A stretch of 64,000 nucleotides of DNA from Mobula birostris (GCF_030028105.1 NC_092379.1:9880272-9944271), one strand, 5' to 3'. Numbered from the stretch's first letter, positions 36,601 to 51,551 are shown. The notes: generated by a model from the sequence alone, not told the origin. Made by a program: numbers and translations.

Positions 36601-39600
36601 TGGAAAGGGTCAAGAGAGTCATGAGAATGATTCTGGTAATGAAAAGGTTAATGTATGAGAAGCGTTTGAAGGTTGTTAGCCTGTACTCACCGGACTCCAG
36701 AAGAAAGAGGGCGAATCTCATTGAAACCTACGATTATTGAAAGTCTAGATAGAGTAGACGTGGAGAGCAAGTTTCCACTCGTGGGGGAGTCTAGGACCGG
36801 GGGCACAGCTTCGGAAAAGAGGGACAGCCTTCGTTAGCCAGAGGGTGGCTAATCTGTAGAATTAATTTCCACAGATGACTGTGGAGGAAAAGTCATTGAA
36901 TATATTTAAGGTGGAGGCTGATAGGTTCTTGATTAGTAAGGACATCAAAGGTTATGGGGAGCAGGCAGGAGAATGGGGTTGAGAGGGATAATAAATCAGC
37001 CATGATGGAATGGCAGAGCAGACTCAATGGGTCGAAGGAACTAATTCTTATGCGCTTAATGGAGAGAGAGAAACTACTTCTGACGTTCATGGAAATGAAT
37101 ATGACACACTTTTGATTTTAATAGCATTATGAAAGCTTGCTCATTCATAGAGGTGGTTTATAACCCAGAGACAGCCCGTATTGAATCAGGCAGATGGAGG
37201 GACGGTGATAAATTTCCTAGTCAGGATGTAGAGGAACATTGGGAATCATCGAATTCCTAGGCACCTCTTACCTGTCAGATGCACAAATAGCTTATTTGTT
37301 TGAGGAAGAGTGTATTGGGCATGAGCTGTTGATTAGGACTCTGGGATAAATCTCTTAAGGGGGATTGGAACAACCTCTAAGTTAAATCAAAAAAATTACA
37401 ATGTATGTAGCTTAATTACAATTCTTCTTCCTTTGCACACTTCCCAAACTCCCTGTCTCTCTCCCTTTTTATTCTGCCCTCTCTGCATTGCTTTTTCTTT
37501 CACTCCCATCTTCCTGTTTCACAACCTCCCTTTCCTCTGTCTCTTCGTCACTCTCTTAGTTTTACACTAATGAAAAGGATTTAGGGTGGTTCAAGTTGTA
37601 AACAGGTATATTACTCTAATCCAGAGGAACCAATTAAATTAATGAAGAGTCACAGAGTCATAGAAAAGTACAGCACAGAAACAGGCCCTTCGGCCCATCA
37701 AGTCCATGCCAAAATTATTTAAACTGCCTGCTCCCAACGATCTGCATCGGGACCATAGCCCTCCATACCCCTGTCATCCATGTACTGCACCTATCCAGAC
37801 TTCTCTTAAATGGTGAAATCGAGCTTTGCATGCATCACTTGTGCTGGCAGCTCATTCTACACTCTCACCACCCTCTGAGTGAAGAAATTTTCCCTCATGT
37901 TCCCCTGATAAGCTTTTCACCTTTTAGCCTTAACTCATGATCTATGGTTGTTGTCCCACCCAATCGCAGTGGAAAAATCATCTGGACTATTACTTATTTC
38001 TCACAAGTGAATAATCAGAAAACTGGGCAAAGAACAATAAACCATTAAACGTTTTTCTCCAAGCAAGCATTAGGTGCAAGCAGTACTTCAAAATATAGAC
38101 AAATTCAGAATGTGTATTCCACTCACAAACAAGGACTTAAGTGACAAGCATTTATATTTCTAACGTTTGGCTCTGCATCAGAAAGATTGTGGATTTATAA
38201 ATCTGAGCACATAATCTAGTCATTATCTCAGCTCAACCAGTCTAACCTCTGTCAGAAGCCAATTATGGATATTAAATTTTATATTGACATACACTTTTGC
38301 TGTTATGGATTTTGACCATGTCTTCTTTTAAATTTTCCTATTCTGAATTGTTGTCAGTCACAAGGTAGTTGCAGACTCCGGCCACTAGATGATGCTGGTG
38401 TGGAGGGGGTTTCTGATATCTCCCACCCATATCTGTCATCCAGTCCAGGGGTTTCTTAACATTCCTTTCTGGGGACTGACTTTAAAGAAATGCTTCGCCC
38501 ATATGATGCAATATTAATAATAATTAGCTGACTATAAATCAAAGGTTCATTTATTATCAAAGTATATAACTCTGAAATTCTTCTTCTCCAGCTAGCCACA
38601 AAACCAAGAAAGAAGGAACAGCAGCACAATCATCAACTCCCCCCCAATTCCTTCCTCCCCATGCAAAAAATAAAACAGGTACATCAACCCCAAATCCCCC
38701 TCCCCCAAAAAACAAGAAAGGTCAAACTAAAAATACAATATAACCATAAGACTGGAAAAAAAGTCCACAGTCCAAGTCCACATCCAAAATGCAGAAAACC
38801 TGGGCAACATTCTCCCTCTCTGTAGCAGAGCGATCTCACCAGCAATTAAAAAGACAGATTAAAAAAAAAACAAAGTCCATCACGGATAAAGCCCTCCCCA
38901 CCATTGAGCACAACTACACGAAGTGTTGTCGTAGGAAAGCAGCATCCCTTAGTTTGCACTGTGTATGTTATGTCTATTTATTATGCCATGCAAGTTCTGT
39001 ACAATTTATGTTCATATTTAACTTACATTTGTCACGTACTGTGCTGCTACAAGAAGCTAATGTTCGTGAATTTCTACCCCGGGTATGTATGCCCATGGCA
39101 ACCAACTTCAACTTGAATAACTTAAGTAAATTTGTCACTTTCACAATAATGAATAATAAATGGACTAGGCATCGCCTGTAGAGCCGGTACCTCCCAGCTC
39201 CTGCCTCAAGATCATCCCCCAACAAAGGAATCATCCATTCTATAAAATCAGCCCTTCTGGCTCCTTGGAAACTCTGTCTAGGCTTCCTGATGCATGAGAA
39301 CCCTCTGAGCAGCAGAAGCCCCGGACAGGTGACAGAAAGATGGTTTTAGGAAGCCAATTTGAGTATGTGGAAAATAGCTCGCCCAAATCTCCAGCGTCAA
39401 TCCAAATCAATGCATACAGTATAATAACATAGATAAAGTTAATTCAGCCCATTTTGTCCACGCCAGCTGCCAGAGGCCGATCCAGCCATCCTATCGTTAC
39501 CTCCTTGTACCCATATAAATTATTTATTCATTCTATCTCTCTTTCTTTGTCTCCTCCTCCCTCTCTCTCCCCCCCCCCCCCCATCTACATCAACATTGTT

Positions 39601-42204
39601 GAGGTTGGGAGGGTTGAGAGCTTCAAGTTCCTAGATGAAAACATCACCCGTCGCCTATCCTGGTCCAATCACTTTGACGTCACGGCCAAGAAAGCTCAGC
39701 CAGAACTCTTAATTCCTCAGGAGGCTGAAGAAAACAAACAAAATATCACTATCGACTCTTACCAATTTTTATCACCCTGCAGCATAGGAAACATTCTGTC
39801 TGGATGCAAAACGACTTGGTATTGCAACCACTCTGCACATGACTGCAAGAAACTGCAGAGAGTTGTGGACACGGTTCAGCACATCACGGGAACGTTATCC
39901 ATCTTCCAGCCTCAGTAAAGCAGCCAGCATAATCAAAGAACCCACCCATCCCAGGCATTCTCTCTTCTCCCCCTTCCATCGGGCTGAAAATAGAAGCCTG
40001 AAAGCGCATACCACCAGGCTCAAGGACAGATTCTATACCACAGTTATCAGACTCTTGCAGAAAATTCTTATACGTTAAGATAGACTCTTGGCCTCACAAT
40101 CAACCTCATGATAAAGTTGCACTTTATCAATTATCTGCACTGCACTCTTCCGATAGCTTCTAAACTTTATTCTGCATTGTTATTGTTTATCCTATTCGAA
40201 CTGAATACACTGTGAAAAGACTTGATCTGTATAAACGGTATACAAGACAAGTTTTTTTCACTGTACCTTGATACATGTGACAATAATAATGCGTTGGGTG
40301 TCTGTCATGTCTGACAATGACAGGAAACCTGTGCAGGAAAGTTTTTAAGGTGGAAAATCCATTGTAGTGGGGCACTCTCTCGACCTCAGAAGTCCAGGAC
40401 CAGTGGTACGAACAAGCATCACAAACTGGGGTCTTCCTTGGTTGCAGTGGATGACCATGAAGTCTTCTGTCCCTTGTCATGCCCTTCACTCTCCATGGAA
40501 CTTTGCAGTACCGCCTTCCTGGCTGTTAGAACTCACTGTAGGTCTCATCTGCCCAATCCACCAGGGATGGCTTAGCATGCTAAGACAGGCATATCCCAAA
40601 CTCACCAAGATATGAGACCCACCGGACACCTTCACCTGGTTTAGTCCGCCTGTCGTAGCGCTGTACCAGGGTGTGACCGCTGTCGCATGCAAACAGCTAG
40701 TTGGAGCCACGGGTGAGAGCTGAGTGTCTGTTGGGGACTAAAGGTGAGTGAGGTACCCCAGAATGGACAGGTCAAGCACCTTCACCAGAGTTGCTACCCC
40801 TCCCTGGACACCCCATACACCCAATAATGTGACAATAATAAACAAAACTAATAATTACTTACGTTAAAGAATAATTTGCAGTGGCCAATTAATCTACTAA
40901 CCAGCACATTTTGCAAAATGATACTACATTGATTGGCCTTAACTCAAATAATAATGAGGCAGCCTACAGAGAAGAAGTCATCACCCTGACACAGTGGTGT
41001 CAAGGAAACAACCTCTCCCTCAATGTCACAAACATAAAGGAGCTGGTTGTGGACTACAGGAGGAACGGAGACAGGCTCACCCCTGCAGAGAGTGGTGCGG
41101 ACAGCGCAGCGCATCCCTGGATGTGAGATTCCCGCGATTCAGAATATTTACTGCGACAGGGGCGTAAAAAGGGCCTGAAGGACCACTGAGTCACCCCAGT
41201 TACAAACTGTTCCAGCTGCTACCATCTGGGAAATGCTACCGTTGCATTAAAGCCAGGAGCAACAGGCTCCAGGACATCTTCTTCCACCAGGCCAACAGAC
41301 TGATTAATTCACACTGATGCAATTGTATTTCTAAGCTATATTAACTGTTCTGTTGTATATCTTACTGTACATACTATTTATTACAAATTACTATAATTTG
41401 CACATTCAGACTGAGATGTAACGTAAAGATTTTTACTCCTCATGTATGTGAAGGGTGTAAGAAATAAAGTCAATTTAATTCAATTCAATATGGGAAGAAA
41501 CTTGAGAGCCAGGAGGAAGACCAGTGCTTATAATTTTATAAAATATTGGTTAGACCACATCTGGGGCAATTCTGTTCACCCCACTATAGGAAGGATGTTG
41601 AGGCTTTGGAGAGGGTGCAGAAGAGGTTTACCAGGATGTTCCCTGGTTTAGAGGGCATGTGTTATCATGAGAAACTGGATAAACTTGGGCTGTTTTCCCT
41701 GGAGCGTCAAAGGCAGAGGGAAGATCTGATAAAGGTTTATAAGATTATAAGAGGCATGGATAGAATGGACAGGGAGTATCTACTCAATTCATCTCACTCT
41801 TTAAACACAAATCTATTTTTTTTTAATTCCACTGCCAAATCTGCTCCAGATCCCAATTACTTATATCTCCCTCTGCTCCCATGCCTTCTCATCTACATTG
41901 TCTCTCAACACATTGGTCATTAAATCATGCATTCAAACCATCAATTGTTTCACCCCTCCTTAACTCAGGCATCTAATGCTTTACAACCCCTTGACATCCC
42001 TTTCAAAGACTGATCATCCCAGATTTTAGATCATCCAAGGACATCTTCAAAAGCCATGACTCAAATAGGCAGTATCCATCTTTATGGATCCCCACTCCAC
42101 CCAGGAATTACCCTCTTCTCATTACCACTATCAAAGAGGTGTTACAAGAGCCTGAGGGCACACACATAACATTTTAGCACCATTTTTTTGTCTGCCACAA
42201 AAAG

Positions 42205-42782
42205 CAGTATTTCCCAGTGGTCGCCCATTTTAATTCTACTTCCCATTTCCATACCAATAAATCAGTCCATGGCCTCCTCTACTGCCATGATGAGTCCACA
42301 CTCAGGTTAGAGAAACAACACATTATATTCTGTCTGGGTAGCCTCCAACCTGATGGCTTGAACAGTGATTTCTCGAACTTCCGGCAATTGCCCCCACCCC
42401 CTTCACCATTCCCCATTCTTGTTTCCCTCTCTCACCTTATCTCCTTAACTGCTCATCACACTCCCCCTGGTGCTCCTCTCTCTTCCCTTTCTTCCACGGT
42501 CTTCTGTCCTCTGCTATCAGATTCCCCCTTCTCCAGCCCTTTACATCTTTCTCCAATCCACTTCCCAGCTCTTTACTCCACCCTGTTCCCCTCTCCCAGT
42601 TTCACCTATCACCTGTTACCTTGCACTTCTCCCTCCCCTCTCCCGCATCTTCTTATCCTGACTTTTCCCTTTCCCTACCAGTCCTGATGAAGGGTCTTGA
42701 ACCAAAACGTCGATGTTTACTCCTTTCCATAAATGCTACCTAGCCTGCTGAGTTCCTCCAGCATTTTGTGTGTGTGTGTTGC
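42205..42782 (+). mobile_element. Penelope-like element 3' fragment
   Basis: VAHFNSTSH..VHGLLYCHDESTLRLEKQHIIFCLGSLQPDG and a pseudo-LTR with hammerhead motif at 42680-42714. Confidence 0.8.
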
Positions 42783-43689
42783 AACCTTTTAGGAACAGCT
42801 TCTTTCCCTCTATCAAGAAATATCTCAATGGGCAATGAACCCATGACACTACCTCATTATTTTTTCTCTCTTTTTGCACTATTTATTTAATTTATATATT
42901 TTTTTTCCTTTTCACACCTAATGGGGCATTAGGTGGCACTTTTGCTACTTCCGTAGCATTTAATTGCTTCTCACGAGGCTGAGCTGCTAACCCAGCACAG
43001 ATGGAAAGCCTGTAAGGAGTCGGCCAGATTCAAACTTGTGCCATTGGCCTCAAAGATGTGTACCTTATTAAATTTATAGTATATTTTATGCATTACCCTG
43101 TACTGCTGCTACAAAACAGAAAAAAAAATCACAACATATGTCAGTGGTAATAATCTGATACTATAATCACTCCATTACTGACTTAAATTGTTCACTCCCC
43201 AAGGAGCTACCTCCTTAAATCTTTACATTTTTTTCCCTTTTTTAATAAACACCTGAAAGCTTCTGTCATTGGTTAACAGACCTAGCACTTAAATACATGT
43301 TGAAACTTGTTTAATAACACTCCCTTTAGGTTTTTTTCATATGCCTTGCTGTGCAAGTTGCTTTATGGATGCATGTTGTGGCTTTGAAAATGCAGATGTG
43401 GAATGGGATTGGGATCTGTCAGGAAAGGGAAGTGCACACTGGATCCAACTCAAATTCTGCAGATTCCTTAGCAGTTTTCCACAAAAAAAAATCAACAAAT
43501 GTTGGAGATGTAAATGGCAACCTCGACCACCATGTAGTGCAAGGGGAGCAGGTGAGTGGGAACACCAAGTTGTATACCATCCTGGCTTGGAAATATACTC
43601 GTATTCCTTCAACGTCTAAGTCCTTGAATCCTCCGCTGTGTACGCAGGGTCCTTAGTATTATCAAGAATCCCACCCATCCATTCTGCAT

Positions 43690-45245
43690 CCTGCTTCAAA
43701 ACATCCACCATTGTCCCTGTACCTAAAAAGACCAAGGTAACATATCTGAACGATGGGCGTCCTGTTGCGCTCACCTCAATAATAAGTAACACACATCAAA
43801 GTTGCTGGTGAACACAGCAGGCCAGGCAGCATCTCTAGGAAGAGGTGTAGTCGATGTTTCAGGCCGAGACCCTTCGTCAGGACTAACCGACTGCACCTCT
43901 TCCTAGAGATGCTGCCTCACCTGCTGTGTTCACCAGCAACTTTGATGTGTGTTGCTTGAATTTCCAGCATCTGCAGAATTCCTGTTGTCAATAATAAGTA
44001 AATGCTTTGAGAGGCTGGTCAAGGACTACATCTGCAGCATGCTACCACCCACACTGGACCCCCTACAATTCACCTACTGACACAACCGATCGACAGATGA
44101 TGCAATAGCCACACCTCTACACACTGTCCTTACACATCTGGAGGAGAGGGATGCTTGTGTGAGAATGCTGTTCTTGGACTACAGTTCAGCATTCAACACC
44201 ATAATTCCCTCCAGGCTTGACAAGAAGCTCAGGGACCTCGGCTTTCACTGTCTTGTGTAGCTGGATCCTGGACTTCCTGTCAGATCGCCAGTAAGTGGTA
44301 AGAGTGGGCTCCCTCACCTCTGACCCTCAACACAGATGCCCCTCAGGGCTGTGTCCTAAGCCCCCTCCTTTATTCTCTGTATACACATGACTGTCGCCAC
44401 CCACAGCTCCAATCTGCAAATTCAATTTGTCGATGATACTACATGAAATCTCAAATAATAATGAGGCAGTCTACAGAAAAGAAGTCATCATCCTGACACG
44501 ATGGTGTCAATAGTACAACATTTCCCTCAATGTTGCAAAAACAAAGGAGATGGTTGTGGACTACAGGAGGAATGGAGACAGGCTAACCCCGAGAGACATC
44601 AACGGATTTGGGTTTGAGAGGGTGAACAGCTTTAAGTTACTCAGCATAAACATCAGCGAGGATCTCATGTGGTCTGTACATATTGGCTGTGTGGTGAAAA
44701 AAGCACAACAGTTCCTCTTTCACATCAGATAGTTGAAGTTTAGTATGGGTCCCCAAATACTAAGCACTTTCTACAGGGGCACAATTGAGAGTACCCTGAC
44801 AGACTGCATCACTGCCTGGTATGGGAACTGTACTTCCCTCAATCGCAGGACTCTGCAGAGAGTGGTGCGGACAGCCCAGCGCATCTGTAGTTGTGAACTT
44901 CCCACTATTCTGGACGTTTACAGAGACAGGTGCATAAAGAGTCCAGAAGGATCACTGGGGACCAGAGTCACCCCAACCACAAACTGTTCCAACTGCTAAT
45001 ATCTGGGAAACGGTACCGCAGCATAAAAGCCAGGACCATCAGGCTCCGGGACAGCTTCTTCCACCAGGCCATCAGACTGATTAATTCATGCTGATATAAT
45101 TGTATTTCTGCCATATTGATTGTCCTGTTGTACAAACTATTTATTACAAATCAACATAAATTGCATATTTAGACTGAGACGTAACAAAGATTTTTACTCC
45201 TCATGTATGTGAAGGGTGTAAGAAATAAAGTTGACTCAATTCAAT
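43690..45245 (+). mobile_element. Rex1/Babar-like LINE (RT domain to 3' tail)
   Basis: [56 protein letters not shown] and an (ATTCA)n-like tail. Confidence 0.85.
43788..43987. mobile_element. Second copy of the palindromic Penelope derivative
   Basis: Near-identical to 13130-13360. TSD TCAATAATAAGT (43776-43787, 43988-43999). Interrupts the LINE RT frame. Confidence 0.85.
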
Positions 45246-45832
45246 TCTTCTTTAACTTTCTACCATCAAGCAGGAGACTCCAATGCAGAAAGACAAGAAC
45301 TGCCAGGATGGAAAACAGCTCTTTCCTTCAGGCCATTGGGCTTCTAAACTCCCTGCCGCATCGTGTTCGAAGTATCACTCGTTGATTTGTCCTGTACCCT
45401 ACAATATTTACTTTATGCACTTTGCTTTGTTTATGTAATTCATTTGTAGATTTTATTCTTTTCTAAGTTACAAACATTTTTATTTTGTGTTACATGTGTG
45501 TTATGAGTACCACTGTGCTTTACCCCCAGTCCAGAGAAACATCACCTCTGATGGTATACTTATGCAGTATATAGTTAAATGGATAAACTTGACTTGACGT
45601 GAATAGCACCACTGGGACAAAGTACTTAAATCTTCCCTAATAGCACCATCAGACCACTTTCACCCTACATTAGATCAATAAGTCAATGATGGGAGCTATC
45701 ACCTTCACAAGAACAGTTCAGGGTAATCAATAATGTCCAGATCCCAAAATAAAAACAACCGAATTAAAATGAATCAGGAAGAGGACGCAATACAATGGGC
45801 ATTTAATTTGGTTTATATTGTTACTACTTTAC

Positions 45833-46234
45833 CTGCATCTCCAGAAATGGAACATCCTCCACATCGATCGAGATGGTTGGAACCTTGTCCAGCTTTGACT
45901 CAAGCTCCAGGTCCAGGGGCCAGGCAGGGTTTCCAGTCTCACCTTCCTCATTCCTGCACTCGGTGAAGGTAGTCTCACTGCAGCCTTTAAGATTCAGGAG
46001 GACCATGGACTCCACTTGGAGTGCAAGGCTTGGCCTACAGAGAGCGTCCATGGTATCCTTATGTGAGCAAGCATCCATTCTTGATGGGGACTTGCTCAGA
46101 GTCAAATGGTTCCAGGCTCTCTCTGAGGGAGGTGTGGGTTTCTCCTGGGATCGGCACAGCAGGACATGACTAAAGGGTTTGCCTTTAGCCTGCTCACCCA
46201 GCAAGGGTCTTTGGAGCTCCTGCATGTCTTCCAT
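45833..46234 (-). CDS. TMEM91: TMEM91 first coding exon (exon starts at acceptor 46283)
   Basis: MEDMQELQRPLL...ETTFTE...TISIDVEDVPFLEMQ. The ELQxPLL start and ETTF/DVE motifs resemble SynDIG-family N-termini. Donor CAG|GTAAAG, phase 0. Alternative in-frame ATG at 46261. Confidence 0.85.
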
Positions 46235-46479
46235 TGCTTTGTATCTCTCCACTGCCAACATCAAAAGGTTCAAGGAGTCATGTCTGTGAAAAAAAAATTA
46301 TTTCTGTCCACAGGAATTACAATCTTAATGTTTGCAAACTGATAATAGAAACTCACATTTCGAAACCCAATGCACATTCGAGCCAAAGAATCTTCACCAT
46401 ATAGTACGTGTGTGTTCGCTATTGTATGCTGTATCGGTGTGTACATGTATTGAATGTGTGTTGTATTCAGTGTGTCCAG

Positions 46480-46482
<3 letters not shown>

Positions 46483-46519
<37 letters not shown>
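46483..46519. repeat. (TG)n microsatellite
   Basis: Direct reading. Another lies at ~46685-46705. Confidence 0.95.
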
Positions 46520-46520
<1 letters not shown>

Positions 46521-47117
46521 TCTATTTTGTGTGTCCACTATTTAGTAAGTGTGTTGAAGGACACCTGTACAGCCTCCTGAGGACCCACCAATAGACAACC
46601 ATTTAGGAGAACATAGTACTTGTCTCAAGTGACCACACTACTACCTTACTGTATGTGTGTGTCTTCTGTACATTTCCACTCCTCTGTGTGTGTGTGTGTG
46701 TGTGTATGCCTTTTGTGTTATAATGGTTTAAACTTTATTTTCACTGCTGTCCCTACCTGCAGTCAACTGACTCAGGTAACCTATGGTGGGATCTCAAGGG
46801 GGCCTTTTGGCACCTGCCCCTTTACCTAGTAAAGGATAAAGATTCCAACAGGCACCAGATTCTGGCTTTGCCAATGACACCCATGTCCCACACATGAATG
46901 TGTTAAAAACACATTGGAAGCATGACTTACTCTTGTACTTGTGAACAGTCACAGATTCTTGACGTACAACTGCGAGCAAGTTTTTCATCAAAAAGACTTG
47001 CACCACATTAGGTTGCAAGGTCTATTGGTGTTCGAATATCTGGAATGTGCCGCGAACCCACAATCCTCTATCCAGTGTGAAAATGCTACCCCACATGGTA
47101 TAGTTCTTCCCAGTTTA

Positions 47118-49480
47118 CAGTGCCTTGAAAAAGTTTTCAGCCCCCACTCCTTTGGCCACATAAACAAATGTTACAGCAAGGGATTTTGATCAAATTAACT
47201 GAGAAATTTTATCTGTGAATCACATGGTCATTATTTTTTACAGTAGAGCCCCCCCCCCAAAAAAGCAGAAAATTGTAAAGCATGAAAAATTAAAAATTTA
47301 AAAACTGAACAGTCAGCAGTTCAGAAGTATTCATCCTCCTTTCCTCAGTACTTAGATAAACCTCTACTCATGGCTGTTACAGCCAGAAGTCTTTTTCGAT
47401 AAGTCTCTTATTAGCTTTGCACAACATGATGGAGCAATATTGCCCATTCCTCCTTGCAGAAGTTACTCAAGTTAGTTGGAGAGCGGAGGTGGTCAGTAAT
47501 CTTGAGGTCCTGTCATGGATGTTTAATCAGGTTAGGGTCAGGACTGACTGGGCCACTCAAGGACATGAATTACGTTCATCTGAAGGCACTCTGTGGTTGC
47601 TGTGGCAGTGTGCTTCGGGTCATTGTCTTGCTGAAAGATGAACTTCCTCTCCAGTTCAAGCTTTCCAGCAGGGGCCAGCAGGATTTTTTCCAGGATCTCT
47701 CAGTAGTTAGCAACATTCATCTTCCCATCAACCCTGACCAGATTGCCAGTCCCTGCTCCTGAAAAACATCCCCACAGCATGTTACTACCTTCACCATACT
47801 TTACAGTCAGGATGGTGTTACCTGGCTGATGCACAGTATTGATGTACCACTTGGTGTTTTAAAGCCAAAAAGTTCCACTTAGTCTCATCTGACCACAAGA
47901 CCTTCTTTCATGTCTTTACAGTATCTTCTAACTGACTTTGGCTTCAACACTTGCAAAGTATTTATGGGCAAGGGTCTGCTTTTTTTAATAGCAGTAGGTG
48001 TGGTGTAAATCACCAGCCAAGTAACAACATCCCAACTGTGAGTGGGAATAAAGGGAGCCTTTTCTGGCTAGCTGCCAGTGACTAGTAGTGTTCCACAGTG
48101 GTCTGTGTTGGAACCGATTCTTTTTACGTTACATGTCAATGATTTGGATGATGGCTTTGTTGCAAAGTTTGCAGATGATATGAAGGCAGGTGGAGTGGCA
48201 GGTGGTTTTGCAGAAGTAGAGAGGCTACAGAAGGACTAAGATAGATTAGGAAAATGGGCAAAAAAATGATAGATTGAATACAGTGTCAGGAAGTGTATGG
48301 TCATGCACTTCAGTAGAAGAAATGAAAGGGTTGACTATTTTCTAGATGGACAGAAAAAGAACTGAGTTGCAAAGGTACTTGGAGTCCTTGTGCAGGATTT
48401 CCTAAAGGTTAATTTGCAGGTTGAGTCTGTGGTGACGAGGACAAATGCAATGTTCGCATTCATTTCAAGAGGACTAGAATATAAAAGGAAGGATGTAATG
48501 TTCAAACTTTACAAAGCACTGGTGAGGCCTCACGGAGTATTGTGAGCAGTTTTGGGCCCCTTATCTTAGAAAGGATGTGCTGAAACTGGAGAGGGTTCAA
48601 AGGAGGTTAACAAAAATTATTCCAGGATTGAATGGCTTGCCATATGAAGAACGTTTGATGACTCTGGGCCTGTATTCGCTGGAATTCAGAAGAATGAGGG
48701 GTGACCTCATTAAAACCTATTGAATAATGAAAGGCCTTGATAGAGTGGATGTGGAGAGGATGTTTCCCTTGGTGGGAGAGTCTAAGACCAGAGAACACAG
48801 CCTCAGAATAGAGGGGCATCCTTTTAGAACGGAGATGAGGAGGAATTTCATTAGCCAGAGAGTGGAGAATCTGTGGAATTCTTTGTCACAGGCTACTGTG
48901 GAGGCCAAGTCTTTATGTATAATTAAGGCAGAGGTTGATAGATTCTTAATTGGTCAGGGCATGACGGCATACAGGGAGAAGGCAGGAGATTGGGGCTGAG
49001 AGGAAAATTGGATCTGCCATGATGAAATGTCAGAGCAGACTCGATGGGCCAAATGGCCTAATTTTGCTTCTATATCTTGTGGTCAAAGCACGCTGTCAGA
49101 GCAACCACAGGGTGGCTTGAGATGATGAAAATGGATGTCCGTAAGTGGCTCACTTTAACCTGATTGTAAATCTCTGAAAAGACTCCAGTATTGCTGACTA
49201 CTGCTCTCTGACTAACCTGGCACAGCTTGAGCAACTTCGCACGGAGGAATGGGCAAATCTTGCTCCATCACATTGTGCGAAGCTAATAGAGACTTGCCCA
49301 AAAAGACTACTGGCTGTAACAACCGCGAGCAGTAGGTCAACTAAGTACTGAGCAAAAGGCTGGATGAATACTTTTAAACTACTGACATTTCAGTTTTTGA
49401 TTTTTGTTTTTCATGCTTTACAATTTTCCCTGTTTTTGAGCTCTTCTGTAAAAAAAAAGGAGCATGTGATTCGCAAAATG
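47118..49480 (-). mobile_element. Tc1-family transposon remnant with long inverted ends, interrupted by a CR1 LINE (48030-49085)
   Basis: TA-CAGTGCC start. Minus-strand WSDETK, QQDNDPKHT and EWPSQS motifs. 47240-47480 is an inverted copy of 49210-49470. Confidence 0.8.
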
Positions 49481-49919
49481 ACCAAAGGGATGGGGACTAA
49501 ATTATTTGTCACCTATTCTTCACCTATCTTCATGGCATATTTCCTTACAATCGAGAATGCTTTGACAAAGCTGGGGTCACTTCATGCTCATGCTTCATGC
49601 AGTGTTCATCTTTGTTCCGAGTTCCATGCTGGCTTTCTGCTTGACTTTCACAGTGATACATTAAACCCACTCCTAATGGTACCGTCGCTGTGTGACATTT
49701 CTGTACAACATCTATCTCAGTCCAAATCACCAGTGACTCATTCAGTCAGAAATGCAACAGAGGAGAGAGAATGGATATCGAAGTCACGTGGAGCTGAGGT
49801 AAATAATGAGATCTCTCCATGGGCCACATTAATGAGGTTTCAATAGGCATGGATGGTGAAGTCACAACTTGGCAAAGAAACTGCAGCCCAGCATACAGAA
49901 AATGACAGAGAGACAGAAA

Positions 49920-50470
49920 CAAACACATACACAACCTCATGCGCGTGCGCGCACACACACACAACCTCATACACATACACCCAATGCCCGCAACCTCATA
50001 CACACACACACACCCACAACCTGATAAACACACAAGCGCCCACCTCATACACACACACACGCCCACAACCTCATACATATACACACACACACACGCAACC
50101 ATGCCCACAACCTTATACACACACACAACCTTATGCACACACACAACCTCATACACCCACACACACCTCTTGCACCCACACAAACACTCACAACCTCATG
50201 CACACACATCCATGCCCACAACACCTCACACACACATGCCCACAACCTCATATACACTCACACAACCTCATACACACATACACACACACACACGTCCACA
50301 ACCTCAAACACACACACACAATCTCTTGCACCCACAACCTCATATACACATACGCACAAAACCTCATACACACACAATCTCTTGCACCCAGACACTCACA
50401 CAGAAATAGACACACACACACAAAACACAGGCACACATATGGTACATACTGAGAGACACAAATGTGCATG
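49920..50470. repeat. CA-rich complex tandem repeat (recurring CACAACCTCATACAC)
   Basis: Direct reading. Confidence 0.9.
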
Positions 50471-50618
50471 ATCTGCCTTCCCCCCACCTCGCTCTCACAA
50501 ACACATAGACAAATATAATTCAGGGCTGGGGGGGGGGCTGGGTAGTGAGTGTCAGAGGCAGTCAGGGGATTGAAGAGCTGGGATGATTAGAGGCGCTTTT
50601 GGGGAGAGAAGATATTGA

Positions 50619-50793
50619 GGGGAGGGAAGGGAGGGAAGGGAGGGAAGGGAGGGAAGGGGGGGAAGGGGGGGAAGGGGGGGAAGGGGGGGAAGGGGGGGAA
50701 GGGGGGGAAGGGGGGGAAGGGGGGGAAGGGGGGAAGGGGGGGAAGGGGGGAAGGGGGGAAGGGGGGGAAGGGGGGGAAGGGGGGAAGGGGGGA
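50619..50793. repeat. Pure-purine (GGAAGGGGG)n / (GGAAGGGAG)n 9-bp repeat
   Basis: Direct reading, ~19 units. Confidence 0.95.
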
Positions 50794-51551
50794 AAAATGA
50801 GAGGGATAATGAAGAATGAAGAAATAGCAATAGATGGATTAAAGAAATGAATTAAAAGTAAAGAGGACAAGTAAAGAACGAAAGGTCAAGTGTTGAATCC
50901 GAACTGAATACACACGGAGAGTGACTAATGCGAAGGTATATTGTGCAGCGTGAAAAATAGACTGAATGGTGTGAAAAACGTTTCACTGACAGACCGAGCC
51001 CACACTCGCAGCATTTCCAGGTCCCAGTGAGGCGTTATATTTTTGCACATCGGCATCCAGTGCTTTAGGAGACTCCATCAAAGTTCCCGCTGTTGTGCAA
51101 GGCGTGCGGGGGCGATTTTTGGGTTGGTGGGCGGGTATGGGGAACGATTGGGAAATGGGTCACATTGGAACAGGGGTTGGATGCTAAAGGGTAGCTGGGG
51201 GTATTGGGGGAAGGAAAGTGAGGTGGGGGTCCAGGTTAGGGGGCATGAGGTGACGGAGGGTGAAAGTTTGGCGTGCAGGAGAAAAAAAATGGAGGGGAAG
51301 GGGTGTGAGAAAGGCGGAATGGGGGGTAAAGGGTCGGCGGTGGGGGTAAGGGTGACAATTGGGATGAGGGAGGGAGGAAATGGAGGAGGGAGAGATGGAG
51401 TGAGAGAGGGAGGGGAGAGTGAAGGAGGGTGAGGGAGGGAATCAAGGATGCGAGTGCGTGAAGGGATTATGAAGGGAGTGATGTGAGGGAAGGAGAACAA
51501 GGGAGGGGTGGGGGTGGACGTATGGGTTAGGGGAGGGTCCCACTCACTTAC

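Noticed and set aside
46199-46222. Acidic dileucine sorting motif in TMEM91 (ELQRPLL)
   Set aside because: Spacing is one residue longer than canonical [DE]XXXL[LI], so it is not called.
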